A stretch of DNA of 63,259 bases, counting the filler, from Clostridiaceae bacterium (GTDB taxonomy: Bacteria > Bacillota > Clostridia > CAYPLH01 > DUMO01): NCBI GenBank assembly GCA_012839865.1. It is 5 parts of 5 records of this genome, joined end to end, with 100 filler letters (N's around TTAATTAATTAA, not from the genome) between each part and the next. Parts side by side here need not be neighbours in the genome. Positions count along the whole stretch, not along the records: positions 1 to 24,316 come from DUMO01000030.1; 4 more parts are not named here. One strand, given 5' to 3'. The notes below the pieces were generated by a model. The model was not told where the DNA came from. It made no database searches and saw only the letters and a list, made by a program, of their open reading frames with translations. Shown piece by piece: positions 1 to 9,298 of this stretch. Numbering within the stretch: position 1 is the first letter of the stretch; each line of letters opens with the position of its first letter. The position numbers and the translations under genes were made by a program.

Positions 1-10
1 CTACGCTTGA

Positions 11-19
11 TGGTATAAT
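11..19 (+). promoter_or_regulatory. Extended -10 promoter element (TGGTATAAT); -35 would lie outside the window
   Basis: TG-n-TATAAT at 11-19, directly before a long hairpin starting at 24. Confidence 0.5.
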
Positions 20-23
20 AGTC

Positions 24-106
24 ATGAGACCTAAACGCTCCTTTCTGGGAGGTAATGGTTATGTTGGTGATTCCATTATACCAGAGGCGTTTCAGGTCTC
101 ATTTTT
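24..106 (+). terminator. Long leader hairpin followed by a T-run (attenuator or small RNA) upstream of the pilus/conjugation genes
   Basis: Nested pairings ATGAGACCT(24-32)/AGGTCTCAT(94-102), AAACGC/GCGTTT, TCTGG/CCAGA, TAATGG/CCATTA, then TTTT. Confidence 0.55.
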
Positions 107-149
107 ATTATTAAGTTAACAGAACAGATGTCACAACGGGGAGCGGATT

Positions 150-593
150 ATGATGATGCTATGCGCTATCCCGATGATTTGTGCGGCAATCACAGACTTT
201 AAAAAGCGGATCATACCCGATTGGACCTGGATTGCAATCCTTCTGGTCGGCGGTGTATCCGCTTTCTTCTTTAAAATTCCATACCTTCCTCTGATGGATA
301 GAATCGTAGGGCTTTTGCTGCCAGGTATAAGCCTCTTGATCATTGCAGTCAAATATGGCGGTGTTGGAGGTGGTGATATAAAGCTTATGGCGGCGATGGG
401 GTTTTGCTTTGGCATGTTCGGACTTGCAGTGATATTGCTTTTTGCCGCCATTCCAGCCTGCATATATTCTTTTGTAACAAAGCAGAGAAGTGTTCCGTTG
501 GCTGTATTCTTATGTATCGGCTTTTTTGCATATCTTGTACTTTCCCTTTATACAGGAGGTGAGCTGGCGTGGAAGTGTTACTGGTTCTTCTGA
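150..593 (+). CDS. Prepilin peptidase, A24 family (TadV/CpaA-like)
   Basis: Two catalytic Asp motifs (ITDFKKRIIPD, GGGDIKL), multi-TM, short form lacking the methylase domain. Confidence 0.9.
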   Translation: MMMLCAIPMICAAITDFKKRIIPDWTWIAILLVGGVSAFFFKIPYLPLMDRIVGLLLPGISLLIIAVKYGGVGGGDIKLMAAMGFCFGMFGLAVILLFAAIPACIYSFVTKQRSVPLAVFLCIGFFAYLVLSLYTGGELAWKCYWFF

Positions 594-1402
594 TTGCAGC
601 AATTCTTACAGGCTGTCTTGCCTACGTCAACAATATTTTATCAGGGCTTGTGCCAATGACCCTCTACGCAGAGCAGTATATGACCACGCTGCTTGGTACA
701 AACGGATTTACTGAGGTTTTCAACATTTTCTTCGGGTTTGGTATAAGTCTGATTGTGCTGAAATTTCTTAAAAAGGGCTTCGAAACGTATATACTCTGGA
801 CAGAGGGGGATGCTGATGCGGACCCTCTTTTACTTCTTACCAACTTTTTCAAAGCACTGGCTGTCGCTGTATCCTTTCCTGTTCTTTATTGGTGGCTAGC
901 TGATATTGTTGATGAATTAACCAATAAGCTGCTGACAGCCGTTGGAACAGGAATGCGGGAGGATTTTACCACATTCATCAGCGGAATATCTTCGGCAGGT
1001 TTGTTTACCGGAATTGTATCGCTTATTTTCTTTATCGTCTTCTTTTTCCTGTATGTCCAGTTTCTAATGAGGGGGCTTGAAATTCTGATTCTGAGAATCG
1101 GCCTGCCTGTTGCCTGTGTCGGGCTTCTGGATAGTGACAAAGGTGTGTTCAGAAGCTATATGCAGAAATTTTTCCAGAGTACATTAGCGGTTATAGTTCA
1201 AATAGTTCTTGCAAAGCTTGGTGTGGGATTGATGCTGAATGGTCATGTTTTTTGGGGGCTTGCAGCAGTCATGCTTTCAGTGAAGACACCTAAGTTCCTT
1301 CAGGAATTTATGATTGTTTCAGGGGGCAGCCCGTCCGGAGCTATGGGAACAGTATATCAATCAGTTCGCTTGGTACAGATGGCCAAGGGAGCATTTAAGT
1401 GA
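569..1402 (+). CDS. Conjugal transfer TrbL/VirB6-like polytopic membrane protein
   Basis: 277 aa, about 6 hydrophobic segments, RGLEILILRIGLPVACVGL motif, context with VirB4. Confidence 0.7.
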   Translation: MEVLLVLLIAAILTGCLAYVNNILSGLVPMTLYAEQYMTTLLGTNGFTEVFNIFFGFGISLIVLKFLKKGFETYILWTEGDADADPLLLLTNFFKALAVAVSFPVLYWWLADIVDELTNKLLTAVGTGMREDFTTFISGISSAGLFTGIVSLIFFIVFFFLYVQFLMRGLEILILRIGLPVACVGLLDSDKGVFRSYMQKFFQSTLAVIVQIVLAKLGVGLMLNGHVFWGLAAVMLSVKTPKFLQEFMIVSGGSPSGAMGTVYQSVRLVQMAKGAFK

Positions 1403-1415
1403 GGAGGCATCGGGA

Positions 1416-1625
1416 ATGGATTTGCTTAAACAGATGGCTGATGCCTTTGTGATACTCATTCGTACAGGGGCAGTATTCCGGGTTGTTTACTGCCTTGTAC
1501 GGATGGGGATGAATGAGGAAGAGGCGGCTATGTATAAGAAGAGGGCAAGGAATACGGTAGTGTTTTATGTTATTGCGGAAAGCATATGGCAGATCAAAGA
1601 GTTGGTTTTGAGTTATTTTGTGTGA
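1416..1625 (+). CDS. Small two-TM protein (VirB2-like candidate)
   Basis: RBS GAGGAGG at 1401-1407, ATG 1416, 69 aa with two hydrophobic helices; follows the VirB6-like gene. Confidence 0.6.
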   Translation: MDLLKQMADAFVILIRTGAVFRVVYCLVRMGMNEEEAAMYKKRARNTVVFYVIAESIWQIKELVLSYFV

Positions 1626-2100
1626 AAGTTTTATGTGAGACTAACATTATTTGCGACAATATTATTGAATGTGTAAAATGTATATTTTATGCAGCTTACA
1701 TACAGCTTTTGGTGTAATGAATTCAGAAGATGCTCCTCTGCTTTAAGTGCTGTCTTGAGTAGTTCAATATCCTTCTTGTCCTTCAATGTCTCAACTGTTG
1801 CCGTGGTAATGGTACCTTTTTGGAATGTATGATTTCGTGATTCTACGGAAAATGCATACTAAAAATAGGCATACAAAAAGACCCTAATGGCATAATTACC
1901 ACTGTGGGACTGATATAACTGAGACATATGGGTTTATAGGATGTAAGAAAATATGTATATTCTTACATTGATAAGTATATGTACTTTGTACTCTTAATTT
2001 CTGGCTTACTTTTGCTGTAAATTTACTTCGTTTGCAATATATTATTTTTGATTTCAGTATTTCATAATTCTACGAAATGAAAAATTGAAAAATTAATATA

Positions 2101-2129
2101 TTGACTGGCAAAGCTATCCATATTAGAAT
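2101..2129 (+). promoter_or_regulatory. Sigma-A promoter of the T-box-metG unit
   Basis: TTGACT(2101-2106)-17 bp-TAGAAT(2124-2129). Confidence 0.7.
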
Positions 2130-2151
2130 ATAATAAAATGGAAATACTATA

Positions 2152-2446
2152 GATGCTATGAAGAGAAGAGTAGGCTATCAATGTCTTCTACAGAGAACTC
2201 CAGTAAGCTGAGAAGGAGCAAAGAATAGATGGCTGAAGATGGTCTTGGAGCTTTCGCACCGAATCCTTTTTGGGTTTAGACTGCGACGGATGCATCCGTT
2301 ATAGTGCCAGAGTATAATCAGGGTTCATTTATCTTGACGTACTTGTTGAGGCTGACATCGTAAGTAGTCGGCGAACCGGGGTGGTACCACGAAGTATAAT
2401 GCTCTCGTCCCCAGGATAATACCTGGAGGTGAGGGCTTTTTTATTT
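2152..2446 (+). promoter_or_regulatory. T-box riboswitch, Met specifier
   Basis: Stem I AGAGA and GCTGAGA motifs, specifier GAAG-ATG-G (ATG 2239-2241), T-box GGTGGTACCACG (2380-2391), terminator 2401-2446. Confidence 0.9.
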
Positions 2447-2494
2447 GTATTTTAGATGTACTCAGATATCTTAGAAAATTAGGAGGTGCTATCA

Positions 2495-4117
2495 ATGAAC
2501 GTATTTATTGGAGGAGCTTGGCCATATGCAAATGGGTCACTCCATATCGGTCACATTGCTGCTTTGCTGCCTGGTGATGTTTTAGCAAGGTATTTCAGAT
2601 TGAAGGGACATAATGTGTGCTACGTGTCAGGAAGCGATTGTCACGGTACACCTATTCAAATTCGGGCAAACAAGGAAGGTGTTTCCCCTGAACAAATCGC
2701 CAATCATTATCATAGGGAATTCAAAGAATGTTTTGATAAGCTCGGATTCTCTTATGAGTTGTATAACCATACCAATGATTCATACCACATTAGTTTTGTT
2801 CAAGAGTTCTTTATAAATCTCTTGGAGAGCGGATATATTTATAAAAAAACCATAGAACAAGCATTCTGTGATAAATGCAATCAGTTTCTCCCAGACAGGT
2901 TTGTTGTAGGTAGATGCCCCAACTGCGGAAGTAGTGCAAAGGGGGACCAATGTGATGTCTGTGGGTCCCTTTTGGAACCATCTAACTTAAATGACAGAAG
3001 GTGCGGGATCTGTGGTGAAACTCCTGTTTTCAAACTTTCTGAGCACTTCTTTCTGGCATTATCAAAACTGGAGCAGTTCATTAAGGAATACATCAACTGT
3101 TCTTGTGGTTGGAGAGCTAATGCTATAGGTCTGTCACAAAGGTATATTGACGAGGGTCTTCGAGATAGAGCTGTGACGAGAGATTTGGAATGGGGTATAC
3201 CTGTGCCAATAGAAGGGTTTGAAAGCAAAAAGATATATGTATGGGTTGAAGCAGTTTTAGGATATCTCTCAGCAAGCAAGAAATGGGCACAATCATGCGG
3301 TGCAAACTGGGAATCTATATGGTCAGAAAATTCTCTGCATTATTACGTACACGGCAAAGACAACATTCCTTTTCACACAATTATTCTACCTGCATTACTT
3401 AAGGCTCATGGAAACCTTCATTTACCTGATAGGATAATATCAAGCGAATACGTAACCCTTGAAGGCAGAAAGATATCCACCAGCCAGAATTGGGCAGTTT
3501 GGATAGCATATCTACTTGAACGTTATAATCCGGATACCATTCGCTATTTCTTCATAGCCAATGGCCCTGAAAAGCGAGATACTGACTTCTCGTGGAGGGA
3601 ATTCATTAATAGTCATAATGGAGAATTGCTTGGTGCTTACGGGAACTTTGTTAATAGAAGTCTTGTATTCATACAGAAGTACTTTGATAGTAAAGTGCCG
3701 GAAGGCCAGTGTAATCCTGACATCAGAAAGTCACTAACTGAACTCTATGTAATAGTGGGAGACCTCATTGAACAAGGTAATTTCAAGGATGCCATTGAAA
3801 CAGTATTTTCATTTATTCGTTCAGCAAATAAGTATTTTGACGAGGAACAACCTTGGCTTACGGTAAAAGATAACATAGTAAAATGCAAGGAAACGCTTCA
3901 TACATGTGTTCAGATTATTGCTAACCTTTCAACACTGCTGGAGCCATTCCTTCCCACTTCATCAAATAAAATTCGGAATATGCTACAAATTGAAACTCTA
4001 GATTGGGAGTATACTGAGGTGCCATCAGGTTCAAAAATAGGGACAGTAACCATTCTGTTTGAACGCATTAATAAAAAGACAATAGAAGAAGAAACGGAAA
4101 GACTCAAGAATTTTTAG
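2495..4117 (+). CDS. metG: Methionine--tRNA ligase, MetRS2 type (two Zn knuckles, no C-terminal tRNA-binding domain)
   Basis: [11 protein letters not shown] (HIGH), four CxxC motifs, KISTS (KMSKS variant); RBS AGGAGG 2481-2486 favours ATG 2495. Confidence 0.95.
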   Translation: MNVFIGGAWPYANGSLHIGHIAALLPGDVLARYFRLKGHNVCYVSGSDCHGTPIQIRANKEGVSPEQIANHYHREFKECFDKLGFSYELYNHTNDSYHISFVQEFFINLLESGYIYKKTIEQAFCDKCNQFLPDRFVVGRCPNCGSSAKGDQCDVCGSLLEPSNLNDRRCGICGETPVFKLSEHFFLALSKLEQFIKEYINCSCGWRANAIGLSQRYIDEGLRDRAVTRDLEWGIPVPIEGFESKKIYVWVEAVLGYLSASKKWAQSCGANWESIWSENSLHYYVHGKDNIPFHTIILPALLKAHGNLHLPDRIISSEYVTLEGRKISTSQNWAVWIAYLLERYNPDTIRYFFIANGPEKRDTDFSWREFINSHNGELLGAYGNFVNRSLVFIQKYFDSKVPEGQCNPDIRKSLTELYVIVGDLIEQGNFKDAIETVFSFIRSANKYFDEEQPWLTVKDNIVKCKETLHTCVQIIANLSTLLEPFLPTSSNKIRNMLQIETLDWEYTEVPSGSKIGTVTILFERINKKTIEEETERLKNF

Positions 4118-4352
4118 ACTGTAGACCTCTCCCATAATTATTGTGCAAGTGGGGACGGTTAACTTTGTTATAATGAACTATTTGTTTCTATGTACCTATT
4201 TCCTGGATCCCAGTAATATCGATTCTCTAAGACTGCTGTGTTTATAGTTATAGACATCAGTAACGAGTCGTAGAAATACTGTTTATTTCAAAAAACTCAG
4301 ATAACGAACAAAACCCATATTATCTTCCAATATATTAAAAAGTGATAAAACC

Positions 4353-4380
4353 AGCACCTGCTAACCCAGGTGCTATTTTT
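4353..4380 (+). terminator. Intrinsic terminator closing the metG cargo
   Basis: AGCACCTG-ctaacc-CAGGTGCT followed by ATTTTT. Confidence 0.65.
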
Positions 4381-4415
4381 ATGCTCATATGCTCATTTTC
4401 AAGGAGGTGATTCGT

Positions 4416-4745
4416 ATGGACGAACAGGAAAAGGACACCCTGTATATCCCATTGGGGTTAAAGGTAAAACCAGAAATCTTTGACGGCTTTGGAAAGGAGG
4501 AACTCTTTAAATCGGCGGTAACCACTATAATTGCAGGAATACTGGACATTGGTTTTTATCTTGTGACTAAAAACGTGGCAGTAAGTGTTGTAATGCTTCT
4601 TGCTTCCATTGCCGGAAGTGTCATGGCGTTTACCAAGGACCAGACAAACCTGTCGGTGGCGGACCAGATATGCAATATTGTCCGTTTCTCAAAAATGCAG
4701 AAGTATTACCCATACAAATATCTTGATGAATGGAGCGTGAAATAA
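4416..4745 (+). CDS. PrgI/VirB3-like small membrane protein
   Basis: RBS AAGGAGGTG, two central TM helices, size and position typical of VirB3/PrgI in Firmicute conjugation operons. Confidence 0.6.
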   Translation: MDEQEKDTLYIPLGLKVKPEIFDGFGKEELFKSAVTTIIAGILDIGFYLVTKNVAVSVVMLLASIAGSVMAFTKDQTNLSVADQICNIVRFSKMQKYYPYKYLDEWSVK

Positions 4746-5014
4746 AAGTGAAGGATACCATGCTGAAGTATAAGGCCATTGGTTCACTTGCTGTGCCGCC
4801 TAACGGAAAGCTCATTTACTCCCTGCTTACAGACAATGCGGATGAGAACGGCGAACTTCAAATCTCAATAAAAGAAATAGCCAGAAGCCTTGGAATTTCC
4901 AGGAAAGCTGCATCTAATAACCTGCATTACCTTGAAAAGTCCGGTTTCATTCGAACTATACCTCAATACCATTCGGATGGCGGCAGAGCTGCAAACAAAT
5001 ATATTGTTAGATAA
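4730..5014 (+). CDS. Winged helix-turn-helix DNA-binding protein
   Basis: ISIKEIARSLGISRKAASNNLHYLEKSGFI HTH pattern; alternative start at 4760. Confidence 0.8.
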   Translation: MEREIKVKDTMLKYKAIGSLAVPPNGKLIYSLLTDNADENGELQISIKEIARSLGISRKAASNNLHYLEKSGFIRTIPQYHSDGGRAANKYIVR

Positions 5015-5028
5015 GGAGGATTTTGCAC

Positions 5029-5883
5029 ATGAACTTCAATTGCTTATTAAAAAACAGAACCTTTATAGGAGCGGCCTGCATCATATTATCGCTTCTGATC
5101 TGCTTCGGGCTTACCCCGCTTTTCAACAGTGCTTTAAAGGCTCAAACGGAGATAATCCGGGTGACAAAGGACATCAAAAAAGGAGACGCCATAACAGCGG
5201 ATAAATTCGAAAAGGTTAAGGTGGGTGCATACAATCTGCCGGACAACGTGGTGAAAAATGCGGATGAGTTAAAGGGTAAGTTTGCTGCCGCAGACCTGGT
5301 GAGGGGGGATTATATCCTGACATCAAATCTTACAGATAACCCATATGAAGAAAATGAATACCTGTACAAGCTGGATGGCACAAAAGAAGCCATTTCGGTA
5401 AGCATAAAGAGCTTTGCCCTCGGCCTGTCAGGCAAATTGAAAGCCGGGGACATTGTTTCCATTATAGCATCGGATTATGGGGAAATGCGGGAGACCAAAA
5501 TACCGCCGGAGCTGCAATATGTCGAGGTGCTGGCGGTAACCAACGCAAAGGGGATGGATGAGAACGTGCAGGTTAAAGGCGAGAAAAACAATGATGAAAA
5601 GCAGCTTCCGTCTACAGTAACCCTTCTTGCAAATACAATCCAGGCAAGAATTCTGGCGGACCTTGAGGCAAAAAGCAAAATTCACATGGCGCTGGTGTAT
5701 AGAGGGACTGCTGAAAACGCAAAGAAATTCCTTGAAGTTCAGGATGAACTGCTCAAGAAACAGGAATCCGCAAATCCAAAAGCCATATTACCGCAATCCG
5801 CACCAACACAGAATCCGGCAACATCCTCAACACAAACTCCAGTGGTTTCATCAGGACAGGGAGGTCGGGAAAATGTACAATAA
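5029..5883 (+). CDS. cpaB: Flp pilus assembly protein CpaB/RcpC (SAF domain)
   Basis: N-terminal TM, SAF motif (KDIKKGDAIT), LKAGDIVSII and LQYVEVLAV motifs; precedes the CpaE/CpaF-like genes. Confidence 0.85.
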   Translation: MNFNCLLKNRTFIGAACIILSLLICFGLTPLFNSALKAQTEIIRVTKDIKKGDAITADKFEKVKVGAYNLPDNVVKNADELKGKFAAADLVRGDYILTSNLTDNPYEENEYLYKLDGTKEAISVSIKSFALGLSGKLKAGDIVSIIASDYGEMRETKIPPELQYVEVLAVTNAKGMDENVQVKGEKNNDEKQLPSTVTLLANTIQARILADLEAKSKIHMALVYRGTAENAKKFLEVQDELLKKQESANPKAILPQSAPTQNPATSSTQTPVVSSGQGGRENVQ

Positions 5884-6615
5884 ACAGATACTGGCTGTCT
5901 GGGGAAGCCCGGCAAGCGGTAAAACCCTTACCGGCGTAAAGCTTGCAAATATGCTTTCTCAGAAGAAAAGGACGTCGTGCTTCTCTTTTGTGATCCCTTT
6001 GTGCCGGTGATCCCTGTAATCCTGCCGTACATTGAAACCGGAAACAGGAGCCTTGGAAATGTTCTTTCATCTGCAGAAATAACGCAGGACAGGATTTTTT
6101 CAAATTGTCTGACACTGAAAAAGAACAGCTATTTAGCCTTTTTGGGATACCATAAGGGCGAAAACGTCTTTACATACCCGGCTTATACAAAATCGGCAGC
6201 AACGGACCTGCTCATTCAGTTAAGGCACATTGCGGACTATGTAATCATTGACTGCACCAGCCATATAACAGCAGATATTCTTTCAACTGTGGCGCTTGAA
6301 ATAGCGGATGCGGTTCTCCGTCTCGGGAGCTGTGATTTAAAAGGAGTTTCCTACTTCGCATCACAGCTTCCGCTTCTTTTTGAAAGGCGTTTTAATCCCG
6401 ACAGGCATATTAAAATTCTGTCAAACTTCAGGAGTAGCCATCCAAAAGCTGAAATCAGGGAATGTTATGGCGGTACAGACTTTGAACTTCCTTATGTTGC
6501 CGAACTGGAGGAACAATACCGAACGGGCAGACTCCTTGAGGTTCCGGCAACAAAAGAGGGACGCAGGTTTGAGGATGCCATGAGGGCTGTTTTAAAGGAG
6601 GTATTCAATGAATAA
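5873..6615 (+). pseudogene. CpaE/TadZ-like MinD/ParA-family ATPase, split by a single-base frameshift near 5962-5970
   Basis: Walker A (WGSPASGKT) in the frame starting 5873; the rest (DVVLLFCD...YVIIDC) is in the -1 frame from 5971; adding one A to AAGAAAAG restores a single ORF. Confidence 0.8.
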
Positions 6616-7957
6616 CGCAAAGCTTTTCTTTGAGACGGGCAGTGTGAAAAAAGAGTTTCCGGAAGTTTTGAAGGAAGTGCAGGAATACATTTCAAGCAAG
6701 TATTCAAGCCTCATATCCGACAAGGCGGATGAGCAAAAAGAGCAGATCAGGTCATATATTTCAAAATACCTTATAGACTATGGCCTGGTAGTTGACGGAT
6801 ATACCTTTGATGAGCTGGTGGACAGGCTGTATTCCGAAATGGTGGAGTTTTCATTCCTTACAAAATATCTTTTTGCTAAGGATGTGGAGGAAATCAATAT
6901 CAATTCGTGGAAAGACATTAAAATCACCTACGCCAACGGGGATATCATCGCATCGGATGAGCGGTTCAACAGTCCCGGGCATGCCGTTGACGTAATCCGC
7001 AGGCTGCTGCACAAATCCGGCATGATACTGGATTATTCCCAGCCGATGGTAAGAGGGCATCTGGCCAACAATATAAGAATAACCGTGTTCGGATATCCGG
7101 TCACAGACAGGGATAAAGGCATAGCGGCTTCAATCCGTATCGTAAACCCGCAAAAGCTTGAACGTGCGGATTTTATCGGAAACGGTACGGCAACAGCCGA
7201 AATGCTGGACTTTCTTGCACTGATTCTGCGCTATGGGGTGAGCGTATGCGTGACCGGTGCGACCTCAAGCGGCAAGACAACCCTCATGAGCTGGCTTCTG
7301 TCCACCATTCCTGATGAGAAGCGGATATTCACGATAGAAAACGGCTGCCGTGAGTTTGACCTGGTAAAAGAGGACGGGAACGGCAATATCGTCAATAATG
7401 TCATTCATACCGTAACAAGGTACAGCGACGACGAAAAACAGAATATCGACCAGGAAAAGCTTCTGGAGTATGCCCTGACCTCAAACCCGGATATTATCTG
7501 TGTGGGTGAAATGAAATCGGCAGAGGCCTTTGCAGCACAGGAAGCCGCCAGGACAGGACATGCAGTTATAACAACCACCCATGCCAATTCCTGTGAAGCA
7601 ACCTATTACAGAATGGTAACACTCTGCAAACAGAAATACGATATAAACGACCGGACGCTGTATAACCTTGTTACAGAAGCCTTTCCCATTGTAATGTTCG
7701 TGAAAAAGCTTGAGGATAAAACAAGAAAGATTATGGAAATCACCGAGTGCGAGATTTTACCTGACGGAAGCCGGAAAATCCGCACTCTTTTTCGTTTCAA
7801 CGTCAGCGGAAATCAGGCGCTGGGTGACGGCGTAAGGGTAATTGGCGAGTTTGAGAAGGTTTGCGATATATCCGAGAACCTTCAAAAACGCTTGCTTGAA
7901 AACGGCATGCCGGGGAAAACGCTGGCGCAGTTCATAACGGGGGGTGGGAGCCGATGA
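6608..7957 (+). CDS. cpaF: CpaF/TadA (VirB11-family) secretion ATPase
   Basis: GATSSGKTT Walker A, PDIICVGEM Walker B, TGHAVITTTHA His box. Confidence 0.95.
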   Translation: MNNAKLFFETGSVKKEFPEVLKEVQEYISSKYSSLISDKADEQKEQIRSYISKYLIDYGLVVDGYTFDELVDRLYSEMVEFSFLTKYLFAKDVEEININSWKDIKITYANGDIIASDERFNSPGHAVDVIRRLLHKSGMILDYSQPMVRGHLANNIRITVFGYPVTDRDKGIAASIRIVNPQKLERADFIGNGTATAEMLDFLALILRYGVSVCVTGATSSGKTTLMSWLLSTIPDEKRIFTIENGCREFDLVKEDGNGNIVNNVIHTVTRYSDDEKQNIDQEKLLEYALTSNPDIICVGEMKSAEAFAAQEAARTGHAVITTTHANSCEATYYRMVTLCKQKYDINDRTLYNLVTEAFPIVMFVKKLEDKTRKIMEITECEILPDGSRKIRTLFRFNVSGNQALGDGVRVIGEFEKVCDISENLQKRLLENGMPGKTLAQFITGGGSR

Positions 7958-8883
7958 AGTTGCTTCTATTTATAGCCTTTGTTGGGATGGTTGCAGGGGG
8001 ATTCATTCTATTCAGCATCCCTCCACTGGAGTTTGCAGACAGTGTAATGAAGCATTTTGGACGCAGGGGCCACTCTATAAAAGCAAGGATCACAGCCGCC
8101 ACTCAAAAGAAAAAGGTTAAAGGGATACGGCTTATCATTCAGGAAACCGGAGAAATACTCCAGGCCACCAACAAGAGCAGCAAATTTTCGATGCTTTGCA
8201 TAACATCTCTTGCTTTATTTGTAACCGGTGCATTTGCCGCCATTGCCATGGACAACATGTTTTTGATACCGGTGCTTGCGGTGGGGTTTGCCCTGCTGCC
8301 TTTCTGGTATGTCCTTTTTACAGCAGCCTTCTACAAAAAGCAGCTCAATGGCGAGCTTGAAACGGCATTGTCGGTAATAACAGCTTCATATCTAAGGTGT
8401 GAGAGCATCATTACGGCAGTGGATGAGAACATTACCTATCTCAATCCGCCGGTGGTGGATGTATTCAGGGGATTCTTCAATCAAACCAGGCTTATCAATT
8501 CCAATGTGCGGCTTGCGATAGAAGGATTGAAAAGCAAGATTGACAATGAGGTTTTCCGCGAGTGGTGTGATGCACTGATTGCCTGCCAGGAGGACAAAAA
8601 TCTGAAAAGCACCCTGCTTCCCATTGTTTCAAAGCTTTCAGATATGAGAATTGTAGCTTCCGAGCTTGAATACATGCTTTATGAGCCGATGAAGGAATTC
8701 ATCACCATGGCCATTCTATTAATCGGCAATATCCCGCTGCTTTACTTCCTAAACCGCAGCTGGTTCAACACCCTGATGTTCCATCCGGTTGGAAAGCTGA
8801 TCCTTGCAATCACCGGGACAGTTGTATTTGTGTCTCTTGCAGGGGTTATACGGTTGAGCAAACCGATTGAGTATAAAAGATAA
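7954..8883 (+). CDS. tadB: TadB-like pilus assembly membrane protein
   Basis: T2SSF-like TM layout; ATGA overlap with cpaF. Confidence 0.8.
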   Translation: MKLLLFIAFVGMVAGGFILFSIPPLEFADSVMKHFGRRGHSIKARITAATQKKKVKGIRLIIQETGEILQATNKSSKFSMLCITSLALFVTGAFAAIAMDNMFLIPVLAVGFALLPFWYVLFTAAFYKKQLNGELETALSVITASYLRCESIITAVDENITYLNPPVVDVFRGFFNQTRLINSNVRLAIEGLKSKIDNEVFREWCDALIACQEDKNLKSTLLPIVSKLSDMRIVASELEYMLYEPMKEFITMAILLIGNIPLLYFLNRSWFNTLMFHPVGKLILAITGTVVFVSLAGVIRLSKPIEYKR

Positions 8884-8896
8884 GGCAGAACTTGTT

Positions 8897-8995
8897 AAAA
8901 CTTCGCAATACTGCGTTGGCTGCGTTGCTGCGGTACTCACATATCTACATATGCTCCGTTCCTCGCTGCCTTGCCGCCTTGTCTTGCGAAGTTTT
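8897..8995. repeat. Approximately 100-bp imperfect palindrome (REP/MITE-like)
   Basis: Perfect 12-bp arms AAAACTTCGCAA/TTGCGAAGTTTT with central CATAT-ctac-ATATG and GC-rich inner stems. Confidence 0.65.
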
Positions 8996-9031
8996 TCCAG
9001 CATTCTGAATAAATTTAAGGAGGTCGTCAGC

Positions 9032-9298
9032 ATGACACAGGAAAGAAAAATCAATCATTCTCAATATCAGAAAGCTGCGGCATTGCTCTCGCAGCTTTTT
9101 GAGTTTGATTCCGACATTGAAAAGAAAATCAACGCCTATATTCAGCACAATGGCATCTGTTACTTCTTTGAAAACCTTGAGGATTTCGAGCTTGACGTTG
9201 ATACAACCATAAAACTCCAGGCCGTCAGAGATGTGCTGTTTGGCCTTGGGTTAGCAGAAGACAGACCATTGAGGGGTGGTGTGGTAAACAATGCTTAA
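9032..9298 (+). CDS. Hypothetical protein (88 aa), coupled to radC
   Basis: RBS AAGGAGG 9017-9023, ATG 9032; stop overlaps the radC start. Confidence 0.7.
   Translation: MTQERKINHSQYQKAAALLSQLFEFDSDIEKKINAYIQHNGICYFFENLEDFELDVDTTIKLQAVRDVLFGLGLAEDRPLRGGVVNNA

Noticed and set aside
1630..1850. Minus-strand open frame (...ATVETLKDKKDIELLKTALKAEEHLL...)
   Set aside because: Protein-like, but has no start codon or RBS and no recognisable family; at most a remnant.
5962..5970. Programmed -1 ribosomal frameshift in the CpaE-like gene
   Set aside because: No canonical slippery heptamer or obvious downstream stimulator; a simple indel is more parsimonious.
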